Notes: generated by a model from the sequence alone, not told the origin. A stretch of 64,000 bases of DNA from Arcobacteraceae bacterium (GCA_963662945.1 OY759974.1:2272001-2336000), one strand, 5' to 3'; numbered from the stretch's first letter, positions 10,325 to 19,697 are shown. Translations and numbers: made by a program.

Positions 10325-12304
10325 TTATATCTTCTCAATCTTCACAGCACTATGATTATAGTCAGGCTCTAGTGAATCTTTATCTAGTAAGTCATTTGTT
10401 AAATAGTTTACATCTCTATTACTTATGGGGATAAAAAGTGTTTTTTCTCTGATAGTATCAGTGATAAGTGCTTTTGTGAGAAGTTCTCCTCTACTTGAAA
10501 GTACTTTTATTTCATCGCCATCTTTTATATTAAGTTCTTCTGCATCATTTGGATTAATTTCACAAAAATTTAGTTCTTTAAACTTTAAAAGTGTTGTAGG
10601 AAGATTTGTTTTTGTTCCAGAGTGCCATTGGTCTCTTGTACGACCTGTTAGAAGTATAAAAGGGTATTTTAATGAGGCTTTTTCACTTAAAAGCTTATTT
10701 TCTACAAAGTGAAGATTTCCTTTTTTGTCAGGTGTTAGAAACTCCTTAATTCTTTGTCCCCAAATAAATGGCTCATTTGAGAGAGTATCATAAGAAGCTT
10801 CATGGATATTCATATATGAGTTTAGTTTTGTCATTGCTTGGAACTCTTCAAATATCTCTTTAGGACTATTGTAATTAAAATATCTTTTGAAGCCAAGTTT
10901 TTGAGCAATAAGTTGAAAAATTTCCCAATCTGGTTTACAATCTATAGATATACGGGTAAGTTTTTCTTGTTTTGTGATAGTTCTATCAAGATTTGTTTGT
11001 GTTCCCTCTTTTTCTCCCCAAGGAGCAGCTGGAAGTCTTATATGTGCATATTTTGCAGTTTCACTATTTTCATAAGCATTGATTTCTACGATAAATGGTA
11101 TTTTCTTGATAAGTTCTTCACTTCTGTTTCTATTTGGAAGATGATAAATAGGGTCTGTGTGACACACTATTAAAACATCTAAGTTGGCTTCTAGCATCTG
11201 AGTTGCTGTGAGTCCTGCTTTATTGTCAATTTTATCTGTTTGCCAAAATTCACTCACTTTTTTGATACTTTCATTATCAAACCCTAGATGAACAGCCAAC
11301 ATTGTAGATAATCCACCAACTTCTCGTCCACCCATAGCATTTGGCTGTCCAGTTAAACTTAAAGGACCATTTCCAGCTTTAAAAATTTTCCCAGTAAGAA
11401 GATGTGTATTGATAAGACTTAAGTTTTTATCTACCCCTTGACTTGATTGATTCAGTCCCATAGTCCAAGCAGTGATAATATTGGGACTATTTTTATATAG
11501 AGTCCAAAATTCTTCAAACTGTTCAGCTGATAAACCTGTTCTTTTTAACATTTTAGTTACAGGTACTCTTTTGAATTTATTTTTGAGAAGTTCAAAATTA
11601 TTAATATAATTTTCTACAAATTCTTTATCATAAAGTTCTTCATCTATCAATCTTTTACTTACAAGATTAAAAAAGTCTATATCACTTCCTACTCTTAAAG
11701 GGATATATATATCTGCAATTTTTGCAGTTTCAGTATATCTAGGGTCAATTACGACAATTTTTAAACCCTCTTTTTTTGCTTTTTTTATTTGATTGTGAAA
11801 AACTACATGAGCTTCAGCAGTATTTGCCCCTGCAAGGATAAGTAAATCACTTTTAAAAATATCATTCATTCGTACAGGTACAAAGTCTGCACCTATAGAT
11901 TTTTTATAAGCTACAACTGCAGATGCCATACAAGTTCTACTATTTGTATCTACATTATTTGTTCCTATGAAACCTTTACAAAGCTTGTTTGCTATATAGT
12001 AATCTTCTGTTAAAAGCTGTCCTGAAAGATAAAAACCTATTTTATCTTTTGGTGTAGTTTTGATTTTGTCTGCAATTATACTAATAGTATCTTCCCAAGT
12101 TGATATTTTATATTCATCGTTTATATCTTCTCTTATATGAGGTCTTAAAAGTCGTGTTGGTGTTTGGATACTTATAAGTTCAGAGATTCCTTTACTACAA
12201 AGTTTTCCTTCATTAGTTGGATAAGTGACATCTCCTAATAGTTTATGTTCATCATATTCTAACCCACAACCTACACCACAATATCCACAAACAGATTTAA
12301 TCAT
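10325..12304 (-). CDS. Assimilatory nitrate reductase, Mo-bisPGD catalytic subunit (NarB/NasA-like)
   Basis: CGYCGVGC...C 4Fe-4S motif, NSRTCMASA, GQPNAMGGRE, TGRTRDQWHSGTKT. Confidence 0.9.
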   Translation of the reverse strand: MIKSVCGYCGVGCGLEYDEHKLLGDVTYPTNEGKLCSKGISELISIQTPTRLLRPHIREDINDEYKISTWEDTISIIADKIKTTPKDKIGFYLSGQLLTEDYYIANKLCKGFIGTNNVDTNSRTCMASAVVAYKKSIGADFVPVRMNDIFKSDLLILAGANTAEAHVVFHNQIKKAKKEGLKIVVIDPRYTETAKIADIYIPLRVGSDIDFFNLVSKRLIDEELYDKEFVENYINNFELLKNKFKRVPVTKMLKRTGLSAEQFEEFWTLYKNSPNIITAWTMGLNQSSQGVDKNLSLINTHLLTGKIFKAGNGPLSLTGQPNAMGGREVGGLSTMLAVHLGFDNESIKKVSEFWQTDKIDNKAGLTATQMLEANLDVLIVCHTDPIYHLPNRNRSEELIKKIPFIVEINAYENSETAKYAHIRLPAAPWGEKEGTQTNLDRTITKQEKLTRISIDCKPDWEIFQLIAQKLGFKRYFNYNSPKEIFEEFQAMTKLNSYMNIHEASYDTLSNEPFIWGQRIKEFLTPDKKGNLHFVENKLLSEKASLKYPFILLTGRTRDQWHSGTKTNLPTTLLKFKELNFCEINPNDAEELNIKDGDEIKVLSSRGELLTKALITDTIREKTLFIPISNRDVNYLTNDLLDKDSLEPDYNHSAVKIEKI

Positions 12305-12371
12305 TTTCTTTTCCCTTTATATCTTTATTATTATATCTTTAAAAAATTATAAAATGATTATACCATACTAA

Positions 12372-12412
12372 TTAATGAAAAATTAAGAATATAATGTATA
12401 TAAATTATACAA
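12372..12412 (+). promoter_or_regulatory. 41-bp conserved block containing a perfect TGTATA-N5-TATACA box (nrtA promoter)
   Basis: Box at 12395-12411; TATACT -10 at 12444-12449; near-copy of 7250-7290. Confidence 0.7.
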
Positions 12413-12490
12413 TAAAGCTGTATATTCTTTTTTAAAATTAATGTATACTTCCCTTATTAAACATTTATAATGTAAATTTAAGGAGAAAAA

Positions 12491-13870
12491 ATGTTAAAAA
12501 CAGTTTTAAAAGTTGGTCTTGGGATTTCAGTTGTAGCTTCTACACTTTTAGCAGCACCAGAAAAAACAAAATTAAAAATAGGGTTTATTGCACTAACAGA
12601 TTGTGCACCATTGGTTATTGCAAAAGAGAAAGGTTTTTTTAAAGCAGAAGGTTTAGATGTACATGTTGCAAAAGAGGGTGGTGGATGGCCAGGTATTCAG
12701 CAAAAAGTAATAAGTGGAGAATATGATTTCTCACATGCATTAGCTGGTATGCCAATAGCTGCAACTTTAGGGATAAATGGAGATGCACATTTACAAGCAT
12801 TGTTAAGTTTAGATTTTAATGGTAATGCAATTACTTATGGTAATAATATTATTAAAGAGATGCAAAAATATGGTTTAGATAAAACATCAAGACCTGTAAG
12901 TGCAGATAGTTTAAAAAAATATATTGATGAAAAACATAAAACAGAAGGGTCAAATTATGCACCACTTGCTTTTGGTATGGTTCATCCAGTTTCAACACAT
13001 AACTATGAATTAAGATATTGGATGGCTGGGTCTGGTATAAAACCAGATGAAGATTGTACAATCAAACCATTTCCACCACCTACAATGCCACAAAATTTAA
13101 TAGCTGGTAACATTGAGGGATATTGTGTAGGGGAACCTTGGAATTCAAGAATTGTACTTAAAGGTGCAGGAAGTGCCCTAGTAACAAACTATGATATTTG
13201 GAACAATAATCCAGAAAAAGTTTTACAAGCAAGAGCAGATTTTGTAGAAAAATATCCTGAAACTACTAAAGCAGTTATGAGAGCAGTTATAAAAGCACAA
13301 ATGTGGTTGGATGAGTCTTGGGAGCATAGAGAAGAAGCGCTGAAATTTTTAGCACAAAATAACTATGTAAAAGCACCAGTTGATGTCTTGAGAAAATCTA
13401 TGTCTGGAACATTTCTGTACAATAAAGGTGTAGATTCTGAAAATCCAATGTTTAATGTATTTGCAAACTACTATGCTTCTTATCCATTTTATTCTCATGG
13501 TATGTGGTTTATTACACAAATGTACAGATGGGGACAACTTGACAAACCAGTTGATATGAAAGCAACAATTGAAAAAGTTTATAGACCAGATTTATTTGCT
13601 CAAGTTGCAAAAGAAGTAGGGTATACATTACCACCAAGTCCTTGGAAAAAAGATGGAGTTGATGAATACAATAAATTCATTGATGGAAAAGTATGGGATC
13701 CTAATAAAGCTGTTGAATATATTTATGATACATTTAGTGTAACTACACCTAAAGTATCTAAAGAAGAATTAGCAAAAGTAAACAAATGGCAAGTTGAAAC
13801 AAAACAACCAAAATATGTATGTCCTTATGGACCAGCTGGATGTGCTGATCCAAAATATGTTACGAAATAG
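12491..13870 (+). CDS. nrtA: Nitrate ABC transporter substrate-binding protein (NrtA/CmpA family)
   Basis: Signal peptide; GFIALTDCAPL, STHNYELRYW, YCVGEPWN, PEKV. Confidence 0.88.
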   Translation: MLKTVLKVGLGISVVASTLLAAPEKTKLKIGFIALTDCAPLVIAKEKGFFKAEGLDVHVAKEGGGWPGIQQKVISGEYDFSHALAGMPIAATLGINGDAHLQALLSLDFNGNAITYGNNIIKEMQKYGLDKTSRPVSADSLKKYIDEKHKTEGSNYAPLAFGMVHPVSTHNYELRYWMAGSGIKPDEDCTIKPFPPPTMPQNLIAGNIEGYCVGEPWNSRIVLKGAGSALVTNYDIWNNNPEKVLQARADFVEKYPETTKAVMRAVIKAQMWLDESWEHREEALKFLAQNNYVKAPVDVLRKSMSGTFLYNKGVDSENPMFNVFANYYASYPFYSHGMWFITQMYRWGQLDKPVDMKATIEKVYRPDLFAQVAKEVGYTLPPSPWKKDGVDEYNKFIDGKVWDPNKAVEYIYDTFSVTTPKVSKEELAKVNKWQVETKQPKYVCPYGPAGCADPKYVTK

Positions 13871-13947
13871 TCTTTTGACTATTTTGTAATCGTAAAAGGT
13901 ATATTTTAATATGTATCTAGGTTAGATGTATATTAAAGATATATCTT
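13860..13947 (+). other. Two intercistronic hairpins between nrtA and nrtB
   Basis: TTACGAAATAGTC-TTTT-GACTATTTTGTAA, then a long imperfect stem around ATGTATCTA-GGT-TAGATGTAT. Confidence 0.55.
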
Positions 13948-13975
13948 AAAATTCAAATCAAAGTAAAGGAAAAAA

Positions 13976-14791
13976 ATGAATAAAGAAATTCTAAAAAAAA
14001 TACTGTTACCACTTGTGGTATTTATAGTAATCATTCAGATTTGGTCTGGTATAGCACAAGTTGTTAATGGCTTTCCAACACCAACAAATACTTATGTTGC
14101 AGCTTTTGGTGGAGAAACAACTGATGGAGAGGTATTAAAAGGTGTTTTAGCGGATCCATTTTATATAGAAAACCAAGATGATAAAGGGATTTTTTGGCAA
14201 ATCTTAGAATCACTTAAAAGAGTATTTGGAGGTTTTGCATTAGCTATTATTGTAGGTGTTCCTGTTGGATTATTTATAGGTATGAGTAAAAGTGCTCAAT
14301 ATGCGTTTGACCCATTCATACAAATACTCAAACCAGTGTCTCCACTTGCTTGGTTGCCATTATTGTTGTTTATTTTCAAAGATATTAATTTAACAGCAAT
14401 TTCAACTATATTTATTACTTCTATTTGGCCAATTATTATTAATACAGCTTTAGGTGTACGAAGTGTCAATGAAGATTATATGAATGTTGCAAAAGTTTTA
14501 AGATTTACACCTTTAGAAAAAGTCATTCAAATAATTTTACCAGTGGCTATTCCATTTATCTTTACAGGTATGAGACTAAGTCTTGGTATTGCTTGGCTTG
14601 TTATTGTCGCTGCTGAGATGTTAACAGGTGGTATAGGTATAGGTTTTTGGATATGGGATGAGTACAATAATTTAGCCTATGCAAATATTATTATAGGGAT
14701 TATTATAGTTGGTATAGTTGGATTTATGTTGGATTTAGTTATGGGTAAAATAGCAGATTTCTTTGATTATAGAAAAAAAGGTAGAGCGTAA
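13976..14791 (+). CDS. nrtB: Nitrate ABC transporter permease
   Basis: KPVSPLAWLP, WPIIINTALGV, WLVIVAAEM. Confidence 0.9.
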   Translation: MNKEILKKILLPLVVFIVIIQIWSGIAQVVNGFPTPTNTYVAAFGGETTDGEVLKGVLADPFYIENQDDKGIFWQILESLKRVFGGFALAIIVGVPVGLFIGMSKSAQYAFDPFIQILKPVSPLAWLPLLLFIFKDINLTAISTIFITSIWPIIINTALGVRSVNEDYMNVAKVLRFTPLEKVIQIILPVAIPFIFTGMRLSLGIAWLVIVAAEMLTGGIGIGFWIWDEYNNLAYANIIIGIIIVGIVGFMLDLVMGKIADFFDYRKKGRA

Positions 14792-15585
14792 TGGAAAAAA
14801 AGTTTTTAAGTTTAGAAAATATTGAGAAAAGATTTCCAATTCCAGGAAAAGATGATTATGTGGCTGTTACAAATGTAAATTTAGAGATTAGAAAAGATGA
14901 GATTATCTCTATTATTGGACACAGTGGATGTGGAAAATCTACTTTATTAAATATGATATCAGGTCTTGATGCACAAACTGATGGTCACATCATATTAGAA
15001 AATAAAGAGGTAAAAGGACCAGGTCCAGATAGAGCAGTTGTATTTCAAAACCATTCATTACTTCCATGGTTAAGTGTATATCAAAATATTGAAATGGCTG
15101 TGAAAAAAGTGATGCCAGAACTTTCTAGTAAAGAGTTACGAGATAGGGTAGAAAAATATATTTCTATGGTCAATCTTGATCATGCAAAAGATAAAAAACC
15201 AGATGAGATAAGTGGTGGTATGAAACAAAGAGTTGGTATTGCTAGAGCATTATCAATTTCTCCAAAAGTATTACTTATGGATGAACCATTTGGTGCTTTA
15301 GATAGTTTAACAAGAGCAAATCTTCAAGAACATCTTATGAGAATACAAGAGAAAGCAAAAAATACAGTTATTATCATAACACATGATATTGATGAAGCTG
15401 TACTTTTAAGTGATAGAGTTATTATGATGACAAATGGTCCAGAAGCTACTATTGGTGAAATATTGGAAGTTAATTTAGAGAGACCAAGAGACAGAGTAGC
15501 TTTACAAACTGATCCAGAATATATTAGATGTAGAGAAGCAATCTTAAGTTTTCTTTATGAAAAATTTGCAAAAGAGGATGAGTAG
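14791..15585 (+). CDS. Nitrate ABC transporter ATP-binding protein (NrtD/NasD-like)
   Basis: Walker A GHSGCGKS, ISGGMKQR, MDEPFGALD. Confidence 0.9.
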   Translation: MEKKFLSLENIEKRFPIPGKDDYVAVTNVNLEIRKDEIISIIGHSGCGKSTLLNMISGLDAQTDGHIILENKEVKGPGPDRAVVFQNHSLLPWLSVYQNIEMAVKKVMPELSSKELRDRVEKYISMVNLDHAKDKKPDEISGGMKQRVGIARALSISPKVLLMDEPFGALDSLTRANLQEHLMRIQEKAKNTVIIITHDIDEAVLLSDRVIMMTNGPEATIGEILEVNLERPRDRVALQTDPEYIRCREAILSFLYEKFAKEDE

Positions 15586-15607
15586 AACGAACTTAGATAG
15601 GTTCGTT
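15586..15607. terminator. Hairpin between convergent genes
   Basis: AACGAACT-TAGATA-GGTTCGTT fills the gap between the two stop codons. Confidence 0.5.
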
Positions 15608-15796
15608 TTATGAAAGTTTTATCTCTTTTAACATTACCGTTAAGTCATTATTTAAACTATTGATTTTAGAGATGATTTCATTTCTTTGTTTTTCATCTAG
15701 TTTAAATCGTGTATCAATAAATTCGTAGATTTTAAAAGTATCTGTAAATATTTCACTCATCAAATCTTGTTTGATTTTATCTTCTATTTTTCCCAT
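15608..15796 (-). CDS. Small hypothetical protein (62 aa)
   Basis: ATG with AGGA SD, own sigma54-type promoter, sits in an intergenic gap. Confidence 0.7.
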   Translation of the reverse strand: MGKIEDKIKQDLMSEIFTDTFKIYEFIDTRFKLDEKQRNEIISKINSLNNDLTVMLKEIKLS

Positions 15797-15832
15797 GGTG
15801 TTTTGTCCTATATAATTATATAGAAGTACTTA

Positions 15833-15848
15833 TGCAATATGTATACCT
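15833..15848 (-). promoter_or_regulatory. sigma54 (-24/-12) promoter
   Basis: Minus strand reads AGGTATACATATTGCA (GG-N10-GC). Confidence 0.65.
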
Positions 15849-15859
15849 TGCGTATGAAG

Positions 15860-16759
15860 TTATAATAATTTCTTCTTTATAGCTTCAATCATCACTTTTG
15901 TAGCTTTATATCCCGCTTCAATAGACTCTTCTTTAGAATCAAAGCTACTAAAACTTTTTGGCTCAAAATTTGGTCTTATGATAAAGTCTGCTTCACTTTG
16001 CTCCTCTTTACTTATCTCACAACTTTGTAATCGAAGCGTTGCCATGGCAATATTGAGCATCTCTTCTTTTGGTTTGTTTTTTTTACCACAATAAATATCA
16101 ACACCAACTACAATATCAGCACCCATTGCCTTTGCAAATCGTATAGGAATGAGAGATAAAATTCCACCATCAATATAAATATTTCCATTGGAATTTATAG
16201 GTACGAATGCCACTGGTACAGTTGAAGATGTTTGAACCGCTTTACCCATATCTCCTTTTGTGATAAGAAGTGGTTTCCCATCTGTTAAGTCTGTAACAGC
16301 TATACCTAGTTTTATGGGAGTATTTTCTATGTCAATATTATTTGTATTTTGTTGTATCCAAGTTGAGAGTTTTTTCCCACCTATTAATCCACCATCGGAA
16401 AATAGATTTATATCAGCTAAATCTTTCTCTTTAAGAGATGTGACTATTTTTTCAATTTCTCTATATTTCATGCCAGAAGCATACAAAGAAGCAGCAATAG
16501 AACCTGCTGAACTTCCTGTAACAATATCAGGTTTTATACCAGCTTCCTCTAAAGCTTTGATAACACCTAAGTGCATAAAACCTCTCACACCACCCCCACC
16601 AAATGCTATACCTAAAGTTTTATTTTTTGTTATTTCAATTTTTTTGATACTTTCTAATGGAGTAGCATTTAAGTCATCATATTGATTTTTTGAGGCATAA
16701 TGATTGAATATAAAAAGAATGATGATAATGGTAAGAAGGGAAAGAAAGAGTTTTTTCAT
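15860..16759 (-). CDS. Patatin-like phospholipase with N-terminal anchor
   Basis: GGGGVRG, GSSAG nucleophile motif, DGG. Confidence 0.9.
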   Translation of the reverse strand: MKKLFLSLLTIIIILFIFNHYASKNQYDDLNATPLESIKKIEITKNKTLGIAFGGGGVRGFMHLGVIKALEEAGIKPDIVTGSSAGSIAASLYASGMKYREIEKIVTSLKEKDLADINLFSDGGLIGGKKLSTWIQQNTNNIDIENTPIKLGIAVTDLTDGKPLLITKGDMGKAVQTSSTVPVAFVPINSNGNIYIDGGILSLIPIRFAKAMGADIVVGVDIYCGKKNKPKEEMLNIAMATLRLQSCEISKEEQSEADFIIRPNFEPKSFSSFDSKEESIEAGYKATKVMIEAIKKKLL

Positions 16760-16835
16760 ATTTTAAACCTTTTAGTATCTCTTAGTTTAGGGCTTTATTT
16801 TATCATAAGATTTTGTAGCAATCAAGGATTGTTGT

Positions 16836-16881
16836 GTAACCATAATGTAGCTTACCATATTTAGATAAGCTACATGGTTAC
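16836..16881 (-). terminator. Hairpin directly after the 16882-17763 stop
   Basis: GTAACCAT-AATGTAGCTTA ... TAAGCTACATGGTTAC bulged inverted repeat. Confidence 0.5.
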
Positions 16882-17763
16882 TTAAAATTCATCTGCTTGT
16901 TTTTTTTCTAAAATTGAACTTTGGGTTATACTTTTATAAAAATATGCCAAACCTATAAACATAATCGTTGTACCAAACAATAAATAAAAAGCAGAATCCA
17001 TATTTTTATAGTCATCTAAAGTGATTTTAAAAACAACCATTAAAGTTTCAATAGATAAAGCAATAATAATTGAGATTAAAAATTTCCCCAAAACCTTATA
17101 TTGTCTATCATTTGCATGACTAAAAGAGTGAAAAATAACCTCATGTTCAAATATTTGTTTTGCCAAATCAAAAATAGCAATCCCCAATGTAACTGATATT
17201 ATAGCTTTAAAGGTTGTTTCAAAAAAGTCAAAACCTAGAGGATTTGTTGTCATTGTCATAAAAGTATATCCACCATGACCAATTAAAACAATAGAAATAA
17301 TCCCTAACATAAAAGAACCGAAAATATAAATGAGTCTTTTGAACTTGTCATAGGTACTGTTATAATCAATAAGTTTTAATTCTTCAAGTAAATGTATCAA
17401 ATTAAAATCAAAGATATAATAACTGTCATTTTGTTTTTTTACAACTGATAAACTTGCTTTTCCCGTCCTATAATGGATATATGGATTTGAGATATAAATA
17501 TTGTCTTTATTTAAATCTAATCTCATAAAATAGTGACTTTTATCACTTTCCAAATGCATCTCATCGACACTTTTTCTACAAATCACTGGGCTACTTTGTT
17601 TATAGTTTTCATCTACACTATAAAGTAATTGAATATATCTGTTATTATCTAAAATATATTTAGAGTTTTTGATATAATCATCTGGCAAAGTTTTAATAAC
17701 AATTGAAATAAAATTGTCAACATTTATCTTGTGCTTTTTGTATATGTTTATCACTTCTCTCAT
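16882..17763 (-). CDS. Membrane protein with N-terminal PDC/Cache-like domain and four C-terminal TM helices
   Basis: ISNPYIHYRTGKASLSV Cache-like motif; hydrophobic C-terminal half; AAGGAG SD. Confidence 0.7.
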   Translation of the reverse strand: MREVINIYKKHKINVDNFISIVIKTLPDDYIKNSKYILDNNRYIQLLYSVDENYKQSSPVICRKSVDEMHLESDKSHYFMRLDLNKDNIYISNPYIHYRTGKASLSVVKKQNDSYYIFDFNLIHLLEELKLIDYNSTYDKFKRLIYIFGSFMLGIISIVLIGHGGYTFMTMTTNPLGFDFFETTFKAIISVTLGIAIFDLAKQIFEHEVIFHSFSHANDRQYKVLGKFLISIIIALSIETLMVVFKITLDDYKNMDSAFYLLFGTTIMFIGLAYFYKSITQSSILEKKQADEF

Positions 17764-17846
17764 GGTATCTCCTTTGTAGTATTTTGTTCAAAGATACGCA
17801 AGAATTTCTAAATAAGACATAAACTATCTTATTTAATTTAATTTTA

Positions 17847-18308
17847 TTAGTTTGAAGATTTTTTTTTGAGAAGCTGTCTATAAACAATCATATCAGAAAA
17901 TTGAAAATTTAGATTTTCATAAAATTGATGTGCTTTATAGTTATCTTTATCTGTTAGAAGTGTGATTCTTTGTATTTGTTTTTTTGTGAGATATTTTATA
18001 GTATATTGTAAAAGTTTTGTTCCCACAGACTTTCCTCTGTGTTTAGGTGTTATTATCATATCTTCTAGAAGTGCAACAGTACCTCCAAGTGCAGAACTTA
18101 TCGTATAAAGTATATTTACACAACCTATGATTTTTTCTTTTTTAACTACAACAAATATCTCACCAATATCATTGTTATTGATTATTTTTCGTAAAGCTTT
18201 TTTATGAAGTTTTTTATTGAAAACAAATTCTACCTCTTGGGTAAAAAGATGATATAAAAGCTTTGTAATAGCTTTGATATCTTCTGATGTAGCTTTTCGT
18301 ATTGTCAC
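17847..18308 (-). CDS. GNAT acetyltransferase
   Basis: IRKAT; acetyl-CoA motif HRGKSVGTKLL; AHQFYE. Confidence 0.88.
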   Translation of the reverse strand: MTIRKATSEDIKAITKLLYHLFTQEVEFVFNKKLHKKALRKIINNNDIGEIFVVVKKEKIIGCVNILYTISSALGGTVALLEDMIITPKHRGKSVGTKLLQYTIKYLTKKQIQRITLLTDKDNYKAHQFYENLNFQFSDMIVYRQLLKKKSSN

Positions 18309-18739
18309 TATTTTAACATTTTAAAAATTTTTGGAGTTACTGCTAAATCGATAGCTTTAAATCCATCAAGATTTTCGATAGTTTTGTTCGCACCAGCTTC
18401 AAGAAGTAGTTTTACCATATCTTCTTTCCCTGCACTTGCACTATACATTAAAGCGGTAACTCCATTGTCATTCATTTTATCTAGATTTATTCCTGCATTT
18501 ACCAGTAATTCAACACAAGTGTAATCTTGTCCAAAACAAGCATTCCAAAGTGCTGTATTTCCATCTACATTTGTAATTTCTAAGTCTGGTTTTGTATCTA
18601 GTATCTCTTTTGCTATATCACTTCTAGCTTCTCTTACAGCTTTCATTAAAGCACTGTTTCCATGTTTTCCAACTTTGTTGATATCATTTTTATCGTAGTC
18701 ATTTTCTTCTAGCCATTGTAGTGTTGTGTTACTAAACAT
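18308..18739 (-). CDS. Ankyrin-repeat protein
   Basis: GNSALMKA, GNTALWNA, GVTALMYS, GFKAIDLA repeats. Confidence 0.9.
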   Translation of the reverse strand: MFSNTTLQWLEENDYDKNDINKVGKHGNSALMKAVREARSDIAKEILDTKPDLEITNVDGNTALWNACFGQDYTCVELLVNAGINLDKMNDNGVTALMYSASAGKEDMVKLLLEAGANKTIENLDGFKAIDLAVTPKIFKMLK

Positions 18740-19139
18740 TTTGTTCCTTTAAAGGTGTTTTTTTTAAGTGATGAGAGAGATCACTATCCATACTAATAAG
18801 ATGCAAATCAAACCAATGTGGTATTTTTTCTTTATAATAAGCTTTTAACATATTGATACCAAATCTATTCTGAGATAAGTTAATAAAATAGTTCATCTCT
18901 GCTAATACTTTACAATGTTCATCTTTGTGTTCTTTAGATGTTCTATATCCAGATTCATCCATGAGTTCCTCTTCAATACGAAAATGTATTTTAGAGTGTT
19001 CATAAAGTTTTATTAAATAGGTTCTATAGCTGTTATCATCAGTGATATCAACACCATTATAAATATCTAGAAATTCTTTATGTAAGGTGTCTATATCTTC
19101 ATTATGAAGGAGATGTTTTTCATCTTCAAAGTGTTTCAT
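18732..19139 (-). CDS. Single-domain bacteriohemerythrin
   Basis: Ligand pattern H...HFRIEE...HKDEH...HLISMD. Confidence 0.85.
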   Translation of the reverse strand: MKHFEDEKHLLHNEDIDTLHKEFLDIYNGVDITDDNSYRTYLIKLYEHSKIHFRIEEELMDESGYRTSKEHKDEHCKVLAEMNYFINLSQNRFGINMLKAYYKEKIPHWFDLHLISMDSDLSHHLKKTPLKEQNV

Positions 19140-19145
19140 AATGAG

Positions 19146-19643
19146 TTACACGCCCATCCAGTTTTCATGGGTGTGTCCTTTTTGCTTAAATTTGATTGCA
19201 GCATCTAAAGCTGTATCAAAATTTTCGATATCAAATTCAGTTGTTAAATTTGGTACAATCTCTTTATATACGATTTCACCCTCTTTGTTGATGATAAAAA
19301 TTGATTTTGCACAAAGGGTATCGTTAACATTCACACCCATTTTAAGACTAAAATCTTTAAAATCACTAGAAGTGTCAATATTCTCTAACATTTTTGTAAT
19401 AGGTTGCGCACTAATAATGTAAGTTAATGATTTTGCAATATGTTTATTTATAACATTAAGAAAATCATCTGTAAGGCTTTCTTCATTTGGTACAGAGATA
19501 AGAACTTGTACTTTACTTGCCATCATTCCAATTACTTTTGTTTCTCCATTATCCATTTTTACTCGTATTGCAGGTGCTTCACTTCCTATAGATCGCTCTT
19601 TTTTTTGTAAAACAACTTTTTGATTATCTATTTCTATTTCCAA
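19146..19643 (-). CDS. Thiol peroxidase (Tpx)-like redoxin lacking the peroxidatic Cys
   Basis: IGSEAP, VLISVP, SIFIINKEGEIVYKEIVP resemble Tpx. Start reassigned to TTG 19643 (AAGGA SD; the longer ORF would run over the promoter). Confidence 0.7.
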   Translation of the reverse strand: MEIEIDNQKVVLQKKERSIGSEAPAIRVKMDNGETKVIGMMASKVQVLISVPNEESLTDDFLNVINKHIAKSLTYIISAQPITKMLENIDTSSDFKDFSLKMGVNVNDTLCAKSIFIINKEGEIVYKEIVPNLTTEFDIENFDTALDAAIKFKQKGHTHENWMGV

Positions 19644-19680
19644 ATTATTATCCTTTTCATAATTTACTATACTTAAGTTA

Positions 19681-19696
19681 TGCAATATATGTACCA
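19681..19696 (-). promoter_or_regulatory. sigma54 (-24/-12) promoter of the Tpx-like/hemerythrin/ankyrin/GNAT operon
   Basis: Minus strand reads TGGTACATATATTGCA (GG-N10-GC). Confidence 0.75.
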
Positions 19697-19697
19697 A

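Noticed and set aside
12395-12411. TGT...ACA boxes as NifA upstream activator sequences
   Set aside because: Spacing is N11 rather than N10, and they precede sigma70-type -10 elements instead of -24/-12 promoters.
17797-17812. Possible sigma54 promoter before 16882-17763 (minus strand TTTAGAAATTCTTGCG)
   Set aside because: Has the -12 TTGC but no -24 GG.
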